Shown: one piece after another, positions 37,396 through 47,276 of the stretch
How the letters are laid out: each line of letters starts with the position of its first letter
Numbering within the stretch: the first letter of the stretch is position 1
Assembly: GCA_964547475.1 (NCBI GenBank)
Contig: CAZJNQ010000004.1
Coordinates: forward strand, 16,784-80,783
DNA: 64,000 nucleotides
From: an uncultured Porphyromonadaceae bacterium
Lineage (GTDB): Bacteria > Bacteroidota > Bacteroidia > Bacteroidales > UBA12481
Direction: 5' to 3'
The notes under the pieces: model-generated
Seen by the model: the letters and a program-made list of their open reading frames with translations, nothing else
Databases searched by the model: none
What the model was told of the DNA's origin: nothing
Position numbers and translations under genes: made by a program

Positions 37396-37946
37396 AAATC
37401 AAGTCCATGAAACGGGAAGATTTCAAGGACAACGAAACCCTGGAAATCTTCAGGCAATCAGGAGGCAATGTGCTCCTGACCACCATCGACAACATTATCA
37501 ACTGGGGTCGGTCTAATTCGGTCTGGCCTCTGACTTTTGCCACCAGCTGCTGCGGGATCGAGATGATGGCCGCCGGTGCCCCGCGCCATGATTTCGCCCG
37601 GTTCGGGATAGAGGTGTACCGGGCATCGCCCCGGCAGGCCGATGTGATTGTCGTTGCCGGAACGATCGTTTACAAGATGGCGCCGGTCCTGCGCCGGCTT
37701 TATGACCAGATGGCTGATCCCAAATACGTGATCGCCATGGGCGCCTGTGCGTGCTCCGGCGGACCCTTTTATTACAACACCTATTCGGTGGTACGCGGCG
37801 TGGACCATGTCATTCCGGTGGATGTCTATGTACCTGGCTGCCCTCCCCGACCGGAAGCCTTGTTATACGGGGTCATGCAACTGCAGCGAAAGATGAAAAC
37901 CGACAGCGTGAAGAATCCCCGTGACATGATGGCTGATTTCGTTTAA
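37386..37946 (+). CDS. nuoB: NADH-quinone oxidoreductase subunit B
   Basis: N2-cluster motifs [18 protein letters not shown] and PGCPPRPE. The start overlaps the end of nuoA (an alternative ATG is at 37407). Confidence 0.92.
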   Translation: MGVKIKSMKREDFKDNETLEIFRQSGGNVLLTTIDNIINWGRSNSVWPLTFATSCCGIEMMAAGAPRHDFARFGIEVYRASPRQADVIVVAGTIVYKMAPVLRRLYDQMADPKYVIAMGACACSGGPFYYNTYSVVRGVDHVIPVDVYVPGCPPRPEALLYGVMQLQRKMKTDSVKNPRDMMADFV

Positions 37947-37956
37947 GCGACCTGAT

Positions 37957-38412
37957 ATGGATAAAGAAAAAATTATACAGGTGATTTCCGGATTGGTCCC
38001 CGTTGTGGTGCCTGATACTTCCAGAGATCCGCTTGAGATTCGGACGGATGCATCCGATCTCCGCAAGCTGGCGGAAATCCTCCGGGATAATGACCAACTC
38101 CGGTTTAACTATCTGATCAGCCTGTTTGGAATCGACTGGCAGGACCATTTCACGCTTGTTTATCATTTCGAGTCCACTGCCACTGGCCAATCACTGATCG
38201 TAAAAACCGACATCCCGGATCATGATCACCCGGAAGCTGATACACTCAGCGATCTCTGGAAAACAGCCGAGTACCAGGAAAGGGAAGTTTATGATCTGAT
38301 GGGGGTGACATTCAGGAACCACCCTGACCTCAGGCGGTTATTCCTCGAAGAAGGATGGGATTTCCCTCTCCGGAAGGATTACAGGGACGAGATTAATTTC
38401 ATTGAACGCTAA
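37957..38412 (+). CDS. nuoC: NADH-quinone oxidoreductase subunit C
   Basis: 30-kDa-subunit motif EYQEREVYDLMGVTFRNHPDLRRL. Confidence 0.9.
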   Translation: MDKEKIIQVISGLVPVVVPDTSRDPLEIRTDASDLRKLAEILRDNDQLRFNYLISLFGIDWQDHFTLVYHFESTATGQSLIVKTDIPDHDHPEADTLSDLWKTAEYQEREVYDLMGVTFRNHPDLRRLFLEEGWDFPLRKDYRDEINFIER

Positions 38413-38416
38413 GCAT

Positions 38417-39547
38417 ATGCAGGAAGCTGAATTACAAGATATTCTGACCTCTCGCGAAGATGGCGAGTATATCATCAATATCGGGCCCCAACACCCTTCC
38501 ACCCATGGCGTTCTGCGGTTTGTGGTGTCATTGAAAGGGGAAATCCTGGAGTATCTCATTCCTCATTGCGGATACATTCATCGAGGAATCGAGAAGATGT
38601 GTGAAAGGCTGACCTATCAGCAGATCATCCACCTGACCGACCGGATGGATTACCTCTCGGCTCACATGAACAATGAGGTTATCTCCCTGGCAGTTGAAAA
38701 AGGGATGGAAATCGAAGTCCCGGAACGCGCAAAATATATCCGGACGATCCTGGCCGAGCTTCAGCGACTGGACTCTCACCAGCTCTGGTGGTCGGCATTC
38801 GGAATGGATTTGGGGGGGCCCACCTGTTTCTTCTATGGCCTGCGCGACCGTGAAAAAATCCTGGACATTTTTGAAGAATCATTCGGTTCGAGGCTGCTTC
38901 ACAGCTACATCTGCCCGGGCGGGCTGATGAATGACATCCATCCCAATTTCCAGACAAGGACCAAAGAATTCATGAAGTACTTCCGGAAAAAACTGCCCGA
39001 ATACGACGATCTTCTCACCGGGAACGTGATTTTCGAACAGCGTACGAAAGGATTGGGAACCCTCTCGAAGGAAGAAGCCATCAGCTATGGCCTGACCGGC
39101 CCCTGCGGGCGGGGATCGGGTTTCTCCTGCGACATCCGGAAGCATCATCCTTATAGCGCCTATGATAAAGTGGAGTTCAAGGAAATACTTTACGATGAAG
39201 GTGATACCTGGGCACGCTATAAAGTCAGGATCGACGAAATGTGGGAATCGATGAATATCATCGAGCAACTGATCGATAACATTCCCGCAGGAGAGCATAC
39301 CGCCAGAATGAAGCCGGTCATCAAGCTGCCGGAGGGCGAATATCATCAGCGTGTTGAAACTGCTCGGGGCGAGCTGGTTGCCTATATAGTCAGCATGGGA
39401 GACAAGTATCCTTACCGCCTCCATTTCCGGACCCCGAATTTCAATAACCTGTTCGTCATCAACCGTCTCGCCGCCGGATATAAGATTGCCGACCTGATCG
39501 CCATCAGTGGTTCCCTTGACCTGGTGATCCCTGATATTGACCGATAG
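38417..39547 (+). CDS. nuoD: NADH-quinone oxidoreductase subunit D
   Basis: NIGPQHPSTHGVLR motif. I took ATG 38417 rather than the TTG 38402 in the ORF track, which overlaps nuoC. Confidence 0.93.
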   Translation: MQEAELQDILTSREDGEYIINIGPQHPSTHGVLRFVVSLKGEILEYLIPHCGYIHRGIEKMCERLTYQQIIHLTDRMDYLSAHMNNEVISLAVEKGMEIEVPERAKYIRTILAELQRLDSHQLWWSAFGMDLGGPTCFFYGLRDREKILDIFEESFGSRLLHSYICPGGLMNDIHPNFQTRTKEFMKYFRKKLPEYDDLLTGNVIFEQRTKGLGTLSKEEAISYGLTGPCGRGSGFSCDIRKHHPYSAYDKVEFKEILYDEGDTWARYKVRIDEMWESMNIIEQLIDNIPAGEHTARMKPVIKLPEGEYHQRVETARGELVAYIVSMGDKYPYRLHFRTPNFNNLFVINRLAAGYKIADLIAISGSLDLVIPDIDR

Positions 39548-39570
39548 AGTTAACGATTAAACACTGACCG

Positions 39571-40662
39571 ATGCCATTCAATATCTATGACTTTTCCGTT
39601 ACGACGAAAGCCGTCGATGAGTATTTCAAGGCGCACATGTCGCCGACCTGGGCTTTTGTCATGGAATTGTTGATCGTCGGCCTCGTCTTCCTGATCGTTT
39701 ACGCGATTATCGGTTTATACCTGGTGCTGGCCGAGCGGAAAGTATGCGCCATCATGCAAAACCGTTACGGACCCAACCGCGTGGGCAAATGGGGTTTGGT
39801 ACAAACCATTGCTGACCTGATCAAGCTCCTGATGAAGGAGCTGATTCCTGTCAGGAAGTCCGACAAGTTCTTGTTCAACGTAGCCCCATACATCGTGATC
39901 ATCGCCTCTTTCATGGCCATTGCCGCCATCCCTTTCGCCAAGGGGCTGCAGGGAGTCGATTTCAATATCGGGGTGTTTTACATGATGGCGGTCTCATCCA
40001 TAGGGGTGATAGGTACGCTGCTGGCGGGGTGGTCAAGCAACAGCAAGTATTCCCTGATCGGGGCCATGAGAAGCGGCGCCCAGGTGGTGAGTTATGAACT
40101 GTCGGTCGGATTGGCCCTCCTGGCTGTCGTCATTTTCAGCGGATCCATGCAATTGTCGACCATCATCGAAAGCCAGGCCAACGGCTGGTGGATTTTCAAG
40201 GGTCACCTTCCGGCCATCATTGCATTTGTCATGTTCTTGATAGCCAGCACGGCCGAGATCAACCGGGGACCGTTCGACCTGGCCGAAGCCGAGTCGGAAC
40301 TGACCGCCGGTTTTCACACCGAATATTCCGGGATCAAATTCGCCTTCTTTTTCCTGGCGGAATACATGAACATGTTCATCGTTGCATCCCTGGCTGCCAC
40401 CGTTTTCCTGGGAGGCTGGATGCCGCTTCATATCGGCAACCTGGAGGCCTTCAACCGGATCATGGACTTTATTCCGCCCATCTTCTGGTTTTTCGGCAAG
40501 ACAATATTCGTGATCTATCTCATCATGTGGTTCAAATGGACGTTTCCCCGCCTCAGGATCGACCAACTCCTGACGCTTGAATGGAAATACCTTCTGCCCA
40601 TAAACCTGTTAAATATCCTTTTAATAGCCTTCCTGGTCCTGATGGGATGGTACTTTAAATAA
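39571..40662 (+). CDS. nuoH: NADH-quinone oxidoreductase subunit H
   Basis: AERKVCAIMQNRYGPNRVG and FDLAEAESEL motifs. Polytopic. Confidence 0.93.
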   Translation: MPFNIYDFSVTTKAVDEYFKAHMSPTWAFVMELLIVGLVFLIVYAIIGLYLVLAERKVCAIMQNRYGPNRVGKWGLVQTIADLIKLLMKELIPVRKSDKFLFNVAPYIVIIASFMAIAAIPFAKGLQGVDFNIGVFYMMAVSSIGVIGTLLAGWSSNSKYSLIGAMRSGAQVVSYELSVGLALLAVVIFSGSMQLSTIIESQANGWWIFKGHLPAIIAFVMFLIASTAEINRGPFDLAEAESELTAGFHTEYSGIKFAFFFLAEYMNMFIVASLAATVFLGGWMPLHIGNLEAFNRIMDFIPPIFWFFGKTIFVIYLIMWFKWTFPRLRIDQLLTLEWKYLLPINLLNILLIAFLVLMGWYFK

Positions 40663-40667
40663 GAAAT

Positions 40668-41195
40668 ATGAATCCAGTAGCCCAATATTTCAGCGACATC
40701 TTTCATGCGGTCGGGTCACTCTGGAAAGGGCTCCGGGTCACCGGCTATTATTTCGTGCATCCCAGGCAGATTGTCACGCAGAAATATCCCGAGAACCGGA
40801 AGCATCTCGAAATGTTTGACCGCTTCAAGGGTGAAGTGATCCTTGTGCATGATGAGAATAATCAGCACCGGTGCAACGGTTGCGGAATATGCCAGATCAA
40901 CTGCCCGAACGGTTCCATTGAGATCATCACGGATTCCGTCCCGAATGACGAAGGCAAACCGGAACGCATCATAGACAAGCATATCTATCATCTGTCCATG
41001 TGCACTTTTTGCGGTTTGTGCGTTAAAAACTGCCCCAGCACGGCACTGGCCTTTTCGCAACAGTTCGAGCATGCCGTTTATGACCGCAGCAAGCTGACCA
41101 AGGTTCTGAATCAGCCCGGATCCAGCATCCGCAAGGAGCCTAAAACTCCGAAAGTCCATGCTGAGCCCGTGCCCAAGTCCAACCCTGATAATTGA
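40668..41195 (+). CDS. nuoI: NADH-quinone oxidoreductase subunit I
   Basis: Two 4Fe-4S motifs, CNGCGICQINCP and CTFCGLCVKNCP. Confidence 0.92.
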   Translation: MNPVAQYFSDIFHAVGSLWKGLRVTGYYFVHPRQIVTQKYPENRKHLEMFDRFKGEVILVHDENNQHRCNGCGICQINCPNGSIEIITDSVPNDEGKPERIIDKHIYHLSMCTFCGLCVKNCPSTALAFSQQFEHAVYDRSKLTKVLNQPGSSIRKEPKTPKVHAEPVPKSNPDN

Positions 41196-41204
41196 ATCCG
41201 ATCT

Positions 41205-41711
41205 ATGGCACTGAATGTTTGGATGTTTTATATTCTGGCAACGGTCATCGCGGTCTGCTCCGTGCTGACCATCACGAGCCGGCGGATACTCAGGGCAGCT
41301 TTCTACCTGCTGTGCGTGCTGGTCGCCACTGCAGGGCTCTATTTCCTGTTCGATTATCAATTCATGGCCGGGGTTCAGCTGGTCCTCTATGCAGGAGGCA
41401 TAGTTGTGCTGATCATTTTTTCCATCCTTTTGACCAGCCATATCAGCCAAAAATTCCCCAAACCCGAAGCTATACGCCTGATAACGGGCATTTTCGTCGG
41501 CGTATCCGGTTTTGCCCTGGCGATGCTGGCCATCCTGAAATACGCTTTCAAGGCAACCGACAGCGCTGCCATCCGGATAGACATGCACACTATTGGGAAC
41601 CAGCTCCTGGGAACCGGTAAAAACGGCTACGCTCTCCCGTTCGAAGTGATCAGCATCCTGCTGTTGGCCGCAATGATCGGTGCCATCATCATCGCAAAAA
41701 AAGGTAAATAA
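41205..41711 (+). CDS. nuoJ: NADH-quinone oxidoreductase subunit J
   Basis: 168-aa membrane protein in the canonical position, with YAGGIVVLIIF and PFEVISILLLAAMIGAI. Confidence 0.88.
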   Translation: MALNVWMFYILATVIAVCSVLTITSRRILRAAFYLLCVLVATAGLYFLFDYQFMAGVQLVLYAGGIVVLIIFSILLTSHISQKFPKPEAIRLITGIFVGVSGFALAMLAILKYAFKATDSAAIRIDMHTIGNQLLGTGKNGYALPFEVISILLLAAMIGAIIIAKKGK

Positions 41712-41724
41712 AACTCCAGAGGAA

Positions 41725-42042
41725 ATGATCGAAGGAATACCCATAACCCACGTACTGATCGTCAGTGCATTCATGTTTTTCGCCGGAATTTGCGGTTTCA
41801 TCGTCCGCCGGAACATGATCACCATCCTGATGTCTATCGAGCTCATCCTGAATGCCGTTTCCATCAACATGGTGGTATTCAACAAATACCTTTTTCCCGA
41901 CCAGCTGCAGGGACATTTTTTCGCCCTCTTCATCGTGGGTATCGCGGCAGCGGAGGCCTCTGTTGCCATAGCGTTGATTATAAATATCTATCGCCGACTT
42001 GCCTCCATCAATGTCGAACAGGTCAACGAAATGAAACACTAA
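41725..42042 (+). CDS. nuoK: NADH-quinone oxidoreductase subunit K
   Basis: RRNMITILMSIELILNAV motif. ATG 41725 lies after the nuoJ stop, whereas the ORF-track start 41680 overlaps nuoJ. Confidence 0.9.
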   Translation: MIEGIPITHVLIVSAFMFFAGICGFIVRRNMITILMSIELILNAVSINMVVFNKYLFPDQLQGHFFALFIVGIAAAEASVAIALIINIYRRLASINVEQVNEMKH

Positions 42043-42060
42043 CCCAATTTTCTGGCATAC

Positions 42061-43977
42061 ATGGATTATTCATACACTCTCTTAATTCTTCTGATACCGT
42101 TCCTGGCATTTGTCTTCATCGGACTGGCCGGAATGAAATTCAAGCCTGTGGTTTCCGGATTGATTGGGACGGTTGGACTCGGGTTGGTCTTCATGCTTTC
42201 CTGGTATACGGCCTGGCAATATTTCTTCGTCGGGGGTTTGGTGGACGGTGAATATCCGAAGATCATCGCGATGTCGGTTGACTGGCTTCATTTCTCATCT
42301 TCCCTGACCATCCGCATGGGCATTCTCCTGGATCCAATTTCGGTCATGATGCTCGTGGTGGTCTCCTCCGTTTCGTTCATGGTTCATATCTACAGCCTGG
42401 GTTACATGAAAGGGGAGAAAGGATTTGCCCGGTTTTATTCGTTCCTTTCATTGTTCACCTTTTCCATGCTGGGTTTGGTGGTTGCCACCAATATCTTTCA
42501 GATGTATGTGTTCTGGGAGCTGGTCGGCGTATCCTCCTTTCTCCTGATCGGGTTTTATTATCAAAAGCCTTCCGCAGTCGCAGCTTCAAAAAAAGCGTTT
42601 ATTGTCACCCGGTTTGCCGACCTGGGTTTCCTGATCGGTATCCTTCTGTTGTCATTCTTCACCCAGACATTCGATTTCGAAATCCTGACCCGGTCAGATC
42701 ATTCCATATTCAGCAACGCGGCTTCTTCAACTTTCATGGGAATGTCGGTACTCACCTGGTCCTGCATACTCATTTTCATGGGAGGTGCGGGAAAATCGGC
42801 CATGTTCCCCTTTCATATCTGGCTGCCTGATGCCATGGAAGGCCCCACACCGGTTTCTGCCCTGATTCATGCCGCCACCATGGTAGTCGCGGGAGTTTTC
42901 CTGGTTGCCCGAATGTTTCCGGTTTTCTATTTCCAGGCTCCGGATGCGCTGGACGTGGTGGCTTATGTGGGCGGGTTTACTTCCCTTTTTGCCGCGATCA
43001 TTGCCTGTACCCAATATGATATCAAGCGGATTCTCGCCTTTTCCACCCTGTCCCAGATCGGTTACATGATGCTGGCACTGGGCGTGTCGGGGTTTGACGG
43101 ACACGAAGGGACCGGATACATGGCTTCCATGTTCCACCTGTTTACCCACGCGTTCTTCAAGGCTCTCCTGTTCCTCGGTGCCGGGGCCATCATCCATGCC
43201 GTGCACAGCAACGTGATGCAGGATATGGGCGGATTGAGAAAGTATCTTCCGGTCACTCATATCACCTTCCTGATAGCCTGCCTTACGATAGCAGGAGTAC
43301 CGTTCCTGTCGGCTTTCTTCAGCAAGGATGAGATCCTGGTGGCCGCCTATCATCATGATAAATTGCTTTTTGCCGTCGAATTCCTGGTAGCCGGGATCAC
43401 CGCTTTTTACATGTTCCGCCTCTATTTCACTGTCTTCTGGGGCAAAGAACGGCAGTATCATCACACCCCGCACGAGGCACCAAGGGTCATGACCATCCCG
43501 CTCATGATCCTGGCTTTCGGATCCATTTTCGCCGGATATCTTCCGTTCGCCAGGCTGGTCACAGCCGACTCCCGGCCTTTTGAATCACACCTCGATTTTG
43601 GCATTGCCATCCCATCCGTGCTGATCGGGCTTGCGGGCATCGTACTTGCCTGGATCCTCTACCGGAAAGAGAGCAGCCTGCCTGAAAGGATCGTCAGATC
43701 GCTGGGAGGTTTCTACCGCATGGTTTACCACAAGTTTTACGTCGACGAAATTTACCTTTTCATTACCAGGAATATCATTTTCAATTACATATCCCGCCCG
43801 GTCGCATGGTTTGACCGGCACGTGGTTGACGGGGCCATGAACGGCATCGGCTGGATCACCGTTACCAGTTCAAAAAAGATCAAAGGCCTTCAGTCGGGTA
43901 ACGTACCCCAGTACGGGATGGTTTTCGCCCTGGGAGCGATCGTGCTGGTGTTGGTTTTCGCTTTTTTGATCCGGTAA
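42061..43977 (+). CDS. nuoL: NADH-quinone oxidoreductase subunit L
   Basis: 638-aa antiporter-like subunit with WELVGVSSFLLIGF and SALIHAATMVVAGV. Confidence 0.93.
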   Translation: MDYSYTLLILLIPFLAFVFIGLAGMKFKPVVSGLIGTVGLGLVFMLSWYTAWQYFFVGGLVDGEYPKIIAMSVDWLHFSSSLTIRMGILLDPISVMMLVVVSSVSFMVHIYSLGYMKGEKGFARFYSFLSLFTFSMLGLVVATNIFQMYVFWELVGVSSFLLIGFYYQKPSAVAASKKAFIVTRFADLGFLIGILLLSFFTQTFDFEILTRSDHSIFSNAASSTFMGMSVLTWSCILIFMGGAGKSAMFPFHIWLPDAMEGPTPVSALIHAATMVVAGVFLVARMFPVFYFQAPDALDVVAYVGGFTSLFAAIIACTQYDIKRILAFSTLSQIGYMMLALGVSGFDGHEGTGYMASMFHLFTHAFFKALLFLGAGAIIHAVHSNVMQDMGGLRKYLPVTHITFLIACLTIAGVPFLSAFFSKDEILVAAYHHDKLLFAVEFLVAGITAFYMFRLYFTVFWGKERQYHHTPHEAPRVMTIPLMILAFGSIFAGYLPFARLVTADSRPFESHLDFGIAIPSVLIGLAGIVLAWILYRKESSLPERIVRSLGGFYRMVYHKFYVDEIYLFITRNIIFNYISRPVAWFDRHVVDGAMNGIGWITVTSSKKIKGLQSGNVPQYGMVFALGAIVLVLVFAFLIR

Positions 43978-44009
43978 TAAATTATTTCTACAAGAAACAG
44001 AAACCGATT

Positions 44010-45506
44010 ATGAATATCCTGAACGTTTTCGTGATCATCCCTGTACTGACCGTGCTTAGCATCATGCTCGTTAAAGACAGCAGGAGCGTGCGGATTACGG
44101 CGGCTGCGGGAATGTCGCTGCAGCTGATTGCGGCAGCCGTTCTGGCCATCTTGTTCTTTGTCCAGCGGAAAGCAGGGATGACCGAAGAGTTCCTCTTTCA
44201 GAGTGACATCACCTGGTTCAAGTCACTGAACATACATTACGCCATTGGCGTGGACAGCATAGCCGTTTGGATGATCTGCCTGACTTCCCTCGTTGTTTTT
44301 GCCGGGATTTTCGCCTCCTGGGTGGTGGAGCACCTTTCCAGGGAGTTCTTCATATCCTTGATCACCCTGGCAACCGGGGTTTTCGGATTTTTCATTTCCC
44401 TTGACCTGTTCACCATGTTCCTTTTTTATGAACTGGCGGTGATCCCGATGTACCTGCTGATCGGCATCTGGGGCAGCGGACCAAAGGAATACTCGGCCAT
44501 GAAACTGACCCTTATGCTGATGGGGGGATCAGCCCTGCTGGTTGTCGGCCTGCTGGGCCTGTACTTTTATTCGGCGTCAGCCGGTCCTGTCACGTTCAAT
44601 CTGCTCGAGCTTTCAAAGATCTCTTTCCCGATTGGCATGCAGAGGTTCTTTTTCCCATTCCTGTTTGTCGGTTTCGGGATACTGGGAGCCCTTTTTCCGC
44701 TGCACACCTGGTCGCCCGACGGCCATTCGTCAGCACCCACAGCGGTCTCCATGTTGCATGCCGGCGTTCTGATGAAGCTGGGAGGTTATGGCTGCCTGCG
44801 CGTGGCTATGTTCCTGTTGCCGGAAGCTGCCAACGAGATGGCCTGGATCTTCCTGGTCCTTACCACCATCAGCGTGGTCTACGGCGCCTTCGGAGCGATC
44901 TGGCAAAAGGATCTGAAATATATCAATGCCTACTCCTCGGTTAGCCATTGCGGACTGGTGCTTTTTGCCCTTCTGATGATGACAAAGACTTCCATCAATG
45001 GTGCCGTGATCCAGATGATCTCCCACGGTCTGATGACAGCCCTCTTTTTTGCCCTGATCGGGATGATTTACGGAAGGACGCACAGCCGCATTGTGCCCGA
45101 CATGGGCGGATTGATGAATGTGATTCCTTTCCTGGGTGTGGCCTATGTGATTGCCGGCTTGGCTTCACTGGGTCTCCCGGGTTTGAGCGGTTTTGTGGCC
45201 GAAATGACCATTTTCGTAGGTTCCTTTGAACACACCGACACTTTCAGGCGGGTGATCACCATCATTGCCACCCTGTCCATCGTCATCACAGCCGTATATA
45301 TTCTGCGTGTCGTGGGACAGCTGCTCCTGGGGCCCGTCAGGCAAAAAGAGTATCTCGAATTCCCCGATGCCCGGTGGTATGAGAGGCTCAGTGTGGTGGC
45401 ATTGATCCTGCCGATAGCGATCATCGGCCTCTATCCTGCATTCCTTTCCAATTCCCTGACTGACGCCATCGGGCCTATTGTCGCACGCTTAACGTCCCTG
45501 TTTTAA
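44010..45506 (+). CDS. nuoM: NADH-quinone oxidoreductase subunit M
   Basis: 498-aa antiporter-like subunit with HTWSPDGHSSAPTAVSMLHAGVLMKLGGYG. Confidence 0.92.
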   Translation: MNILNVFVIIPVLTVLSIMLVKDSRSVRITAAAGMSLQLIAAAVLAILFFVQRKAGMTEEFLFQSDITWFKSLNIHYAIGVDSIAVWMICLTSLVVFAGIFASWVVEHLSREFFISLITLATGVFGFFISLDLFTMFLFYELAVIPMYLLIGIWGSGPKEYSAMKLTLMLMGGSALLVVGLLGLYFYSASAGPVTFNLLELSKISFPIGMQRFFFPFLFVGFGILGALFPLHTWSPDGHSSAPTAVSMLHAGVLMKLGGYGCLRVAMFLLPEAANEMAWIFLVLTTISVVYGAFGAIWQKDLKYINAYSSVSHCGLVLFALLMMTKTSINGAVIQMISHGLMTALFFALIGMIYGRTHSRIVPDMGGLMNVIPFLGVAYVIAGLASLGLPGLSGFVAEMTIFVGSFEHTDTFRRVITIIATLSIVITAVYILRVVGQLLLGPVRQKEYLEFPDARWYERLSVVALILPIAIIGLYPAFLSNSLTDAIGPIVARLTSLF

Positions 45507-45509
45507 CAG

Positions 45510-46943
45510 ATGAATTCCATGGAGAGCCAATCATTTTACCTGATGAGAAACGAACTGGCCCTGTTGGGCACGGCCCTGATTATCCTGGTTGCCGAGATAT
45601 TTGCCAGGCCCGACAAGAAAAACGGGATCATACCGCTGGCAGGAATGCTGTTTGCCGTGATAACAGTCATTGGTTTCCTGCCACTCCCGGAAGGCCGCCT
45701 TTTCGGAGGCAGCTTCATCACCAATTCCATGACCGTCTTTATGAAGAACATCCTGAATACAGGCGTTTTAATAGTCCTGCTCCAATCTTACAGCTGGTTA
45801 AAAAGAGAGGAAAACCAGGGCAAGATTGCTGAATACTTCATCCTGGTGATAGCAACACTTATCGGGATGAATTTCATGATCTCCTCAGGCGATTTCCTGA
45901 TGATGTACATCGGCCTGGAACTGGCCACAATTCCAATGGCTGCCCTCGCCGCCTTCCAGAAGTTCAGCGCGAAATCGGCTGAAGCCGGGATCAAGCTGAT
46001 CCTGACTTCCGCCCTTTCATCCGGTATTCTCCTTTACGGAATTTCTTTCCTCTACGGTACGGCCGGATCGATCTATTTTGAGGATCTTGCCGGCCGGACC
46101 GGAAGTGATCCTCTGCAAACTTTCGGCCTCGTTTTCTTTGTTTCGGGAATGGCCTTCAAAATATCCCTTGTCCCTTTCCATCTCTGGACAGCGGATGTTT
46201 ACGAAGGAGCTCCGGTCAACATAACCTCTTATTTATCCGTAGTATCAAAAGGGGCAGCCGCCTTTACTCTGATGATCATCCTGTTCCGGGTATTCAGTAC
46301 GGTGACCGGAGTCTGGCAACCCCTGTTATACACCCTTGCCGTGGCCACCATGACGGTGGGTAACCTGTTCGCCATCCGGCAGGATAACCTGAAGCGTTTC
46401 CTGGCTTTTTCCTCCATCGCCCAGGCAGGCTTCATCCTCCTGGGAATCATGCAGGCCGGTGAGATGGGAATGGCTTCGGTTGTTTATTTTATGCTGATCT
46501 ATCTGTTTACGAACCTGGCGGCTTTCGGGGTAGTGGCTGCCGTATCCGAAGCTTCGGGAGAGGAAAGGATCTCCGATTATACCGGGCTTTACAGGACCAA
46601 TCCCAGGCTGACGCTGACCATGATGCTGGCACTCTTCTCACTGGCCGGCATTCCCCCAGTGGCCGGTTTCTTCGGCAAGTTTTTCCTGTTCACCTCTGCG
46701 GGTGCCAAAGGTTATTACATCCTCGTTTTGATAGCCGTCTTAAATGCCACCATCTCGCTGTATTATTATTTACGGGTGGTTAAAGCCATGATGATCGACA
46801 AGTCGGAGACCCCGATCGCTGCATTCAGAACTCCCTGGCCCATGCGGATCAGCCTATTGATCTGCCTGGCCGGTATCTTCCTGATCGGTTTTGCCGGTTT
46901 CATTTATGAGTATATTACAGGCATCAGTTTCGGTATCAACTAA
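45510..46943 (+). CDS. nuoN: NADH-quinone oxidoreductase subunit N
   Basis: 477-aa antiporter-like subunit with PFHLWTADVYEGAP. It is the last gene of the nuo operon. Confidence 0.92.
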   Translation: MNSMESQSFYLMRNELALLGTALIILVAEIFARPDKKNGIIPLAGMLFAVITVIGFLPLPEGRLFGGSFITNSMTVFMKNILNTGVLIVLLQSYSWLKREENQGKIAEYFILVIATLIGMNFMISSGDFLMMYIGLELATIPMAALAAFQKFSAKSAEAGIKLILTSALSSGILLYGISFLYGTAGSIYFEDLAGRTGSDPLQTFGLVFFVSGMAFKISLVPFHLWTADVYEGAPVNITSYLSVVSKGAAAFTLMIILFRVFSTVTGVWQPLLYTLAVATMTVGNLFAIRQDNLKRFLAFSSIAQAGFILLGIMQAGEMGMASVVYFMLIYLFTNLAAFGVVAAVSEASGEERISDYTGLYRTNPRLTLTMMLALFSLAGIPPVAGFFGKFFLFTSAGAKGYYILVLIAVLNATISLYYYLRVVKAMMIDKSETPIAAFRTPWPMRISLLICLAGIFLIGFAGFIYEYITGISFGIN

Positions 46944-46955
46944 TTGCACTCGACA

Positions 46956-47276
46956 ATGGCTCTGAATCAGGGTAAACATATCATTGAAGTGATCGACGGG
47001 AAACGGTGTACCCTGGTTGAATCGGGGATCAGCCGTTTCCGGATGGAATTCCTGAAAAAACTCCTGGAATTCAACCGGTACGAAGTCAGGGTTGAGGCTG
47101 CTGAAGACGGTACCTGGAAGCTTGGGGTCACCGACCTGGTTTTCCATGCTGTAGTGGATATTTACAAGCGCCGTTTGAAGACTCCCAACGGGAAAAAAGT
47201 AACCCCGGCATACTGGCTGCAGTTAACTGACTCGCAGACCGAAACCGAGGTTTTTTACTGGAACAAGCCTGGTTAG
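46956..47276 (+). CDS. small hypothetical protein (106 aa) directly downstream of nuoN
   Basis: ORF with ATG 12 nt after the nuoN stop, on the same strand. It is soluble with a charged composition, and I recognise no motif. Its stop codon overlaps the stop of the convergent rhodanese-like gene. Confidence 0.5.
   Translation: MALNQGKHIIEVIDGKRCTLVESGISRFRMEFLKKLLEFNRYEVRVEAAEDGTWKLGVTDLVFHAVVDIYKRRLKTPNGKKVTPAYWLQLTDSQTETEVFYWNKPG

Noticed and set aside
40716-41969. A 417-aa ORF on the minus strand spanning nuoI, nuoJ and nuoK.
   Set aside because: It is antisense to three plus-strand genes that carry unmistakable Nuo motifs (2x CxxCxxCxxxCP, nuoK SIELILNAV). Its translation is compositionally odd (rich in D, Q, G and H) with no motif. 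It is a shadow ORF caused by codon bias.
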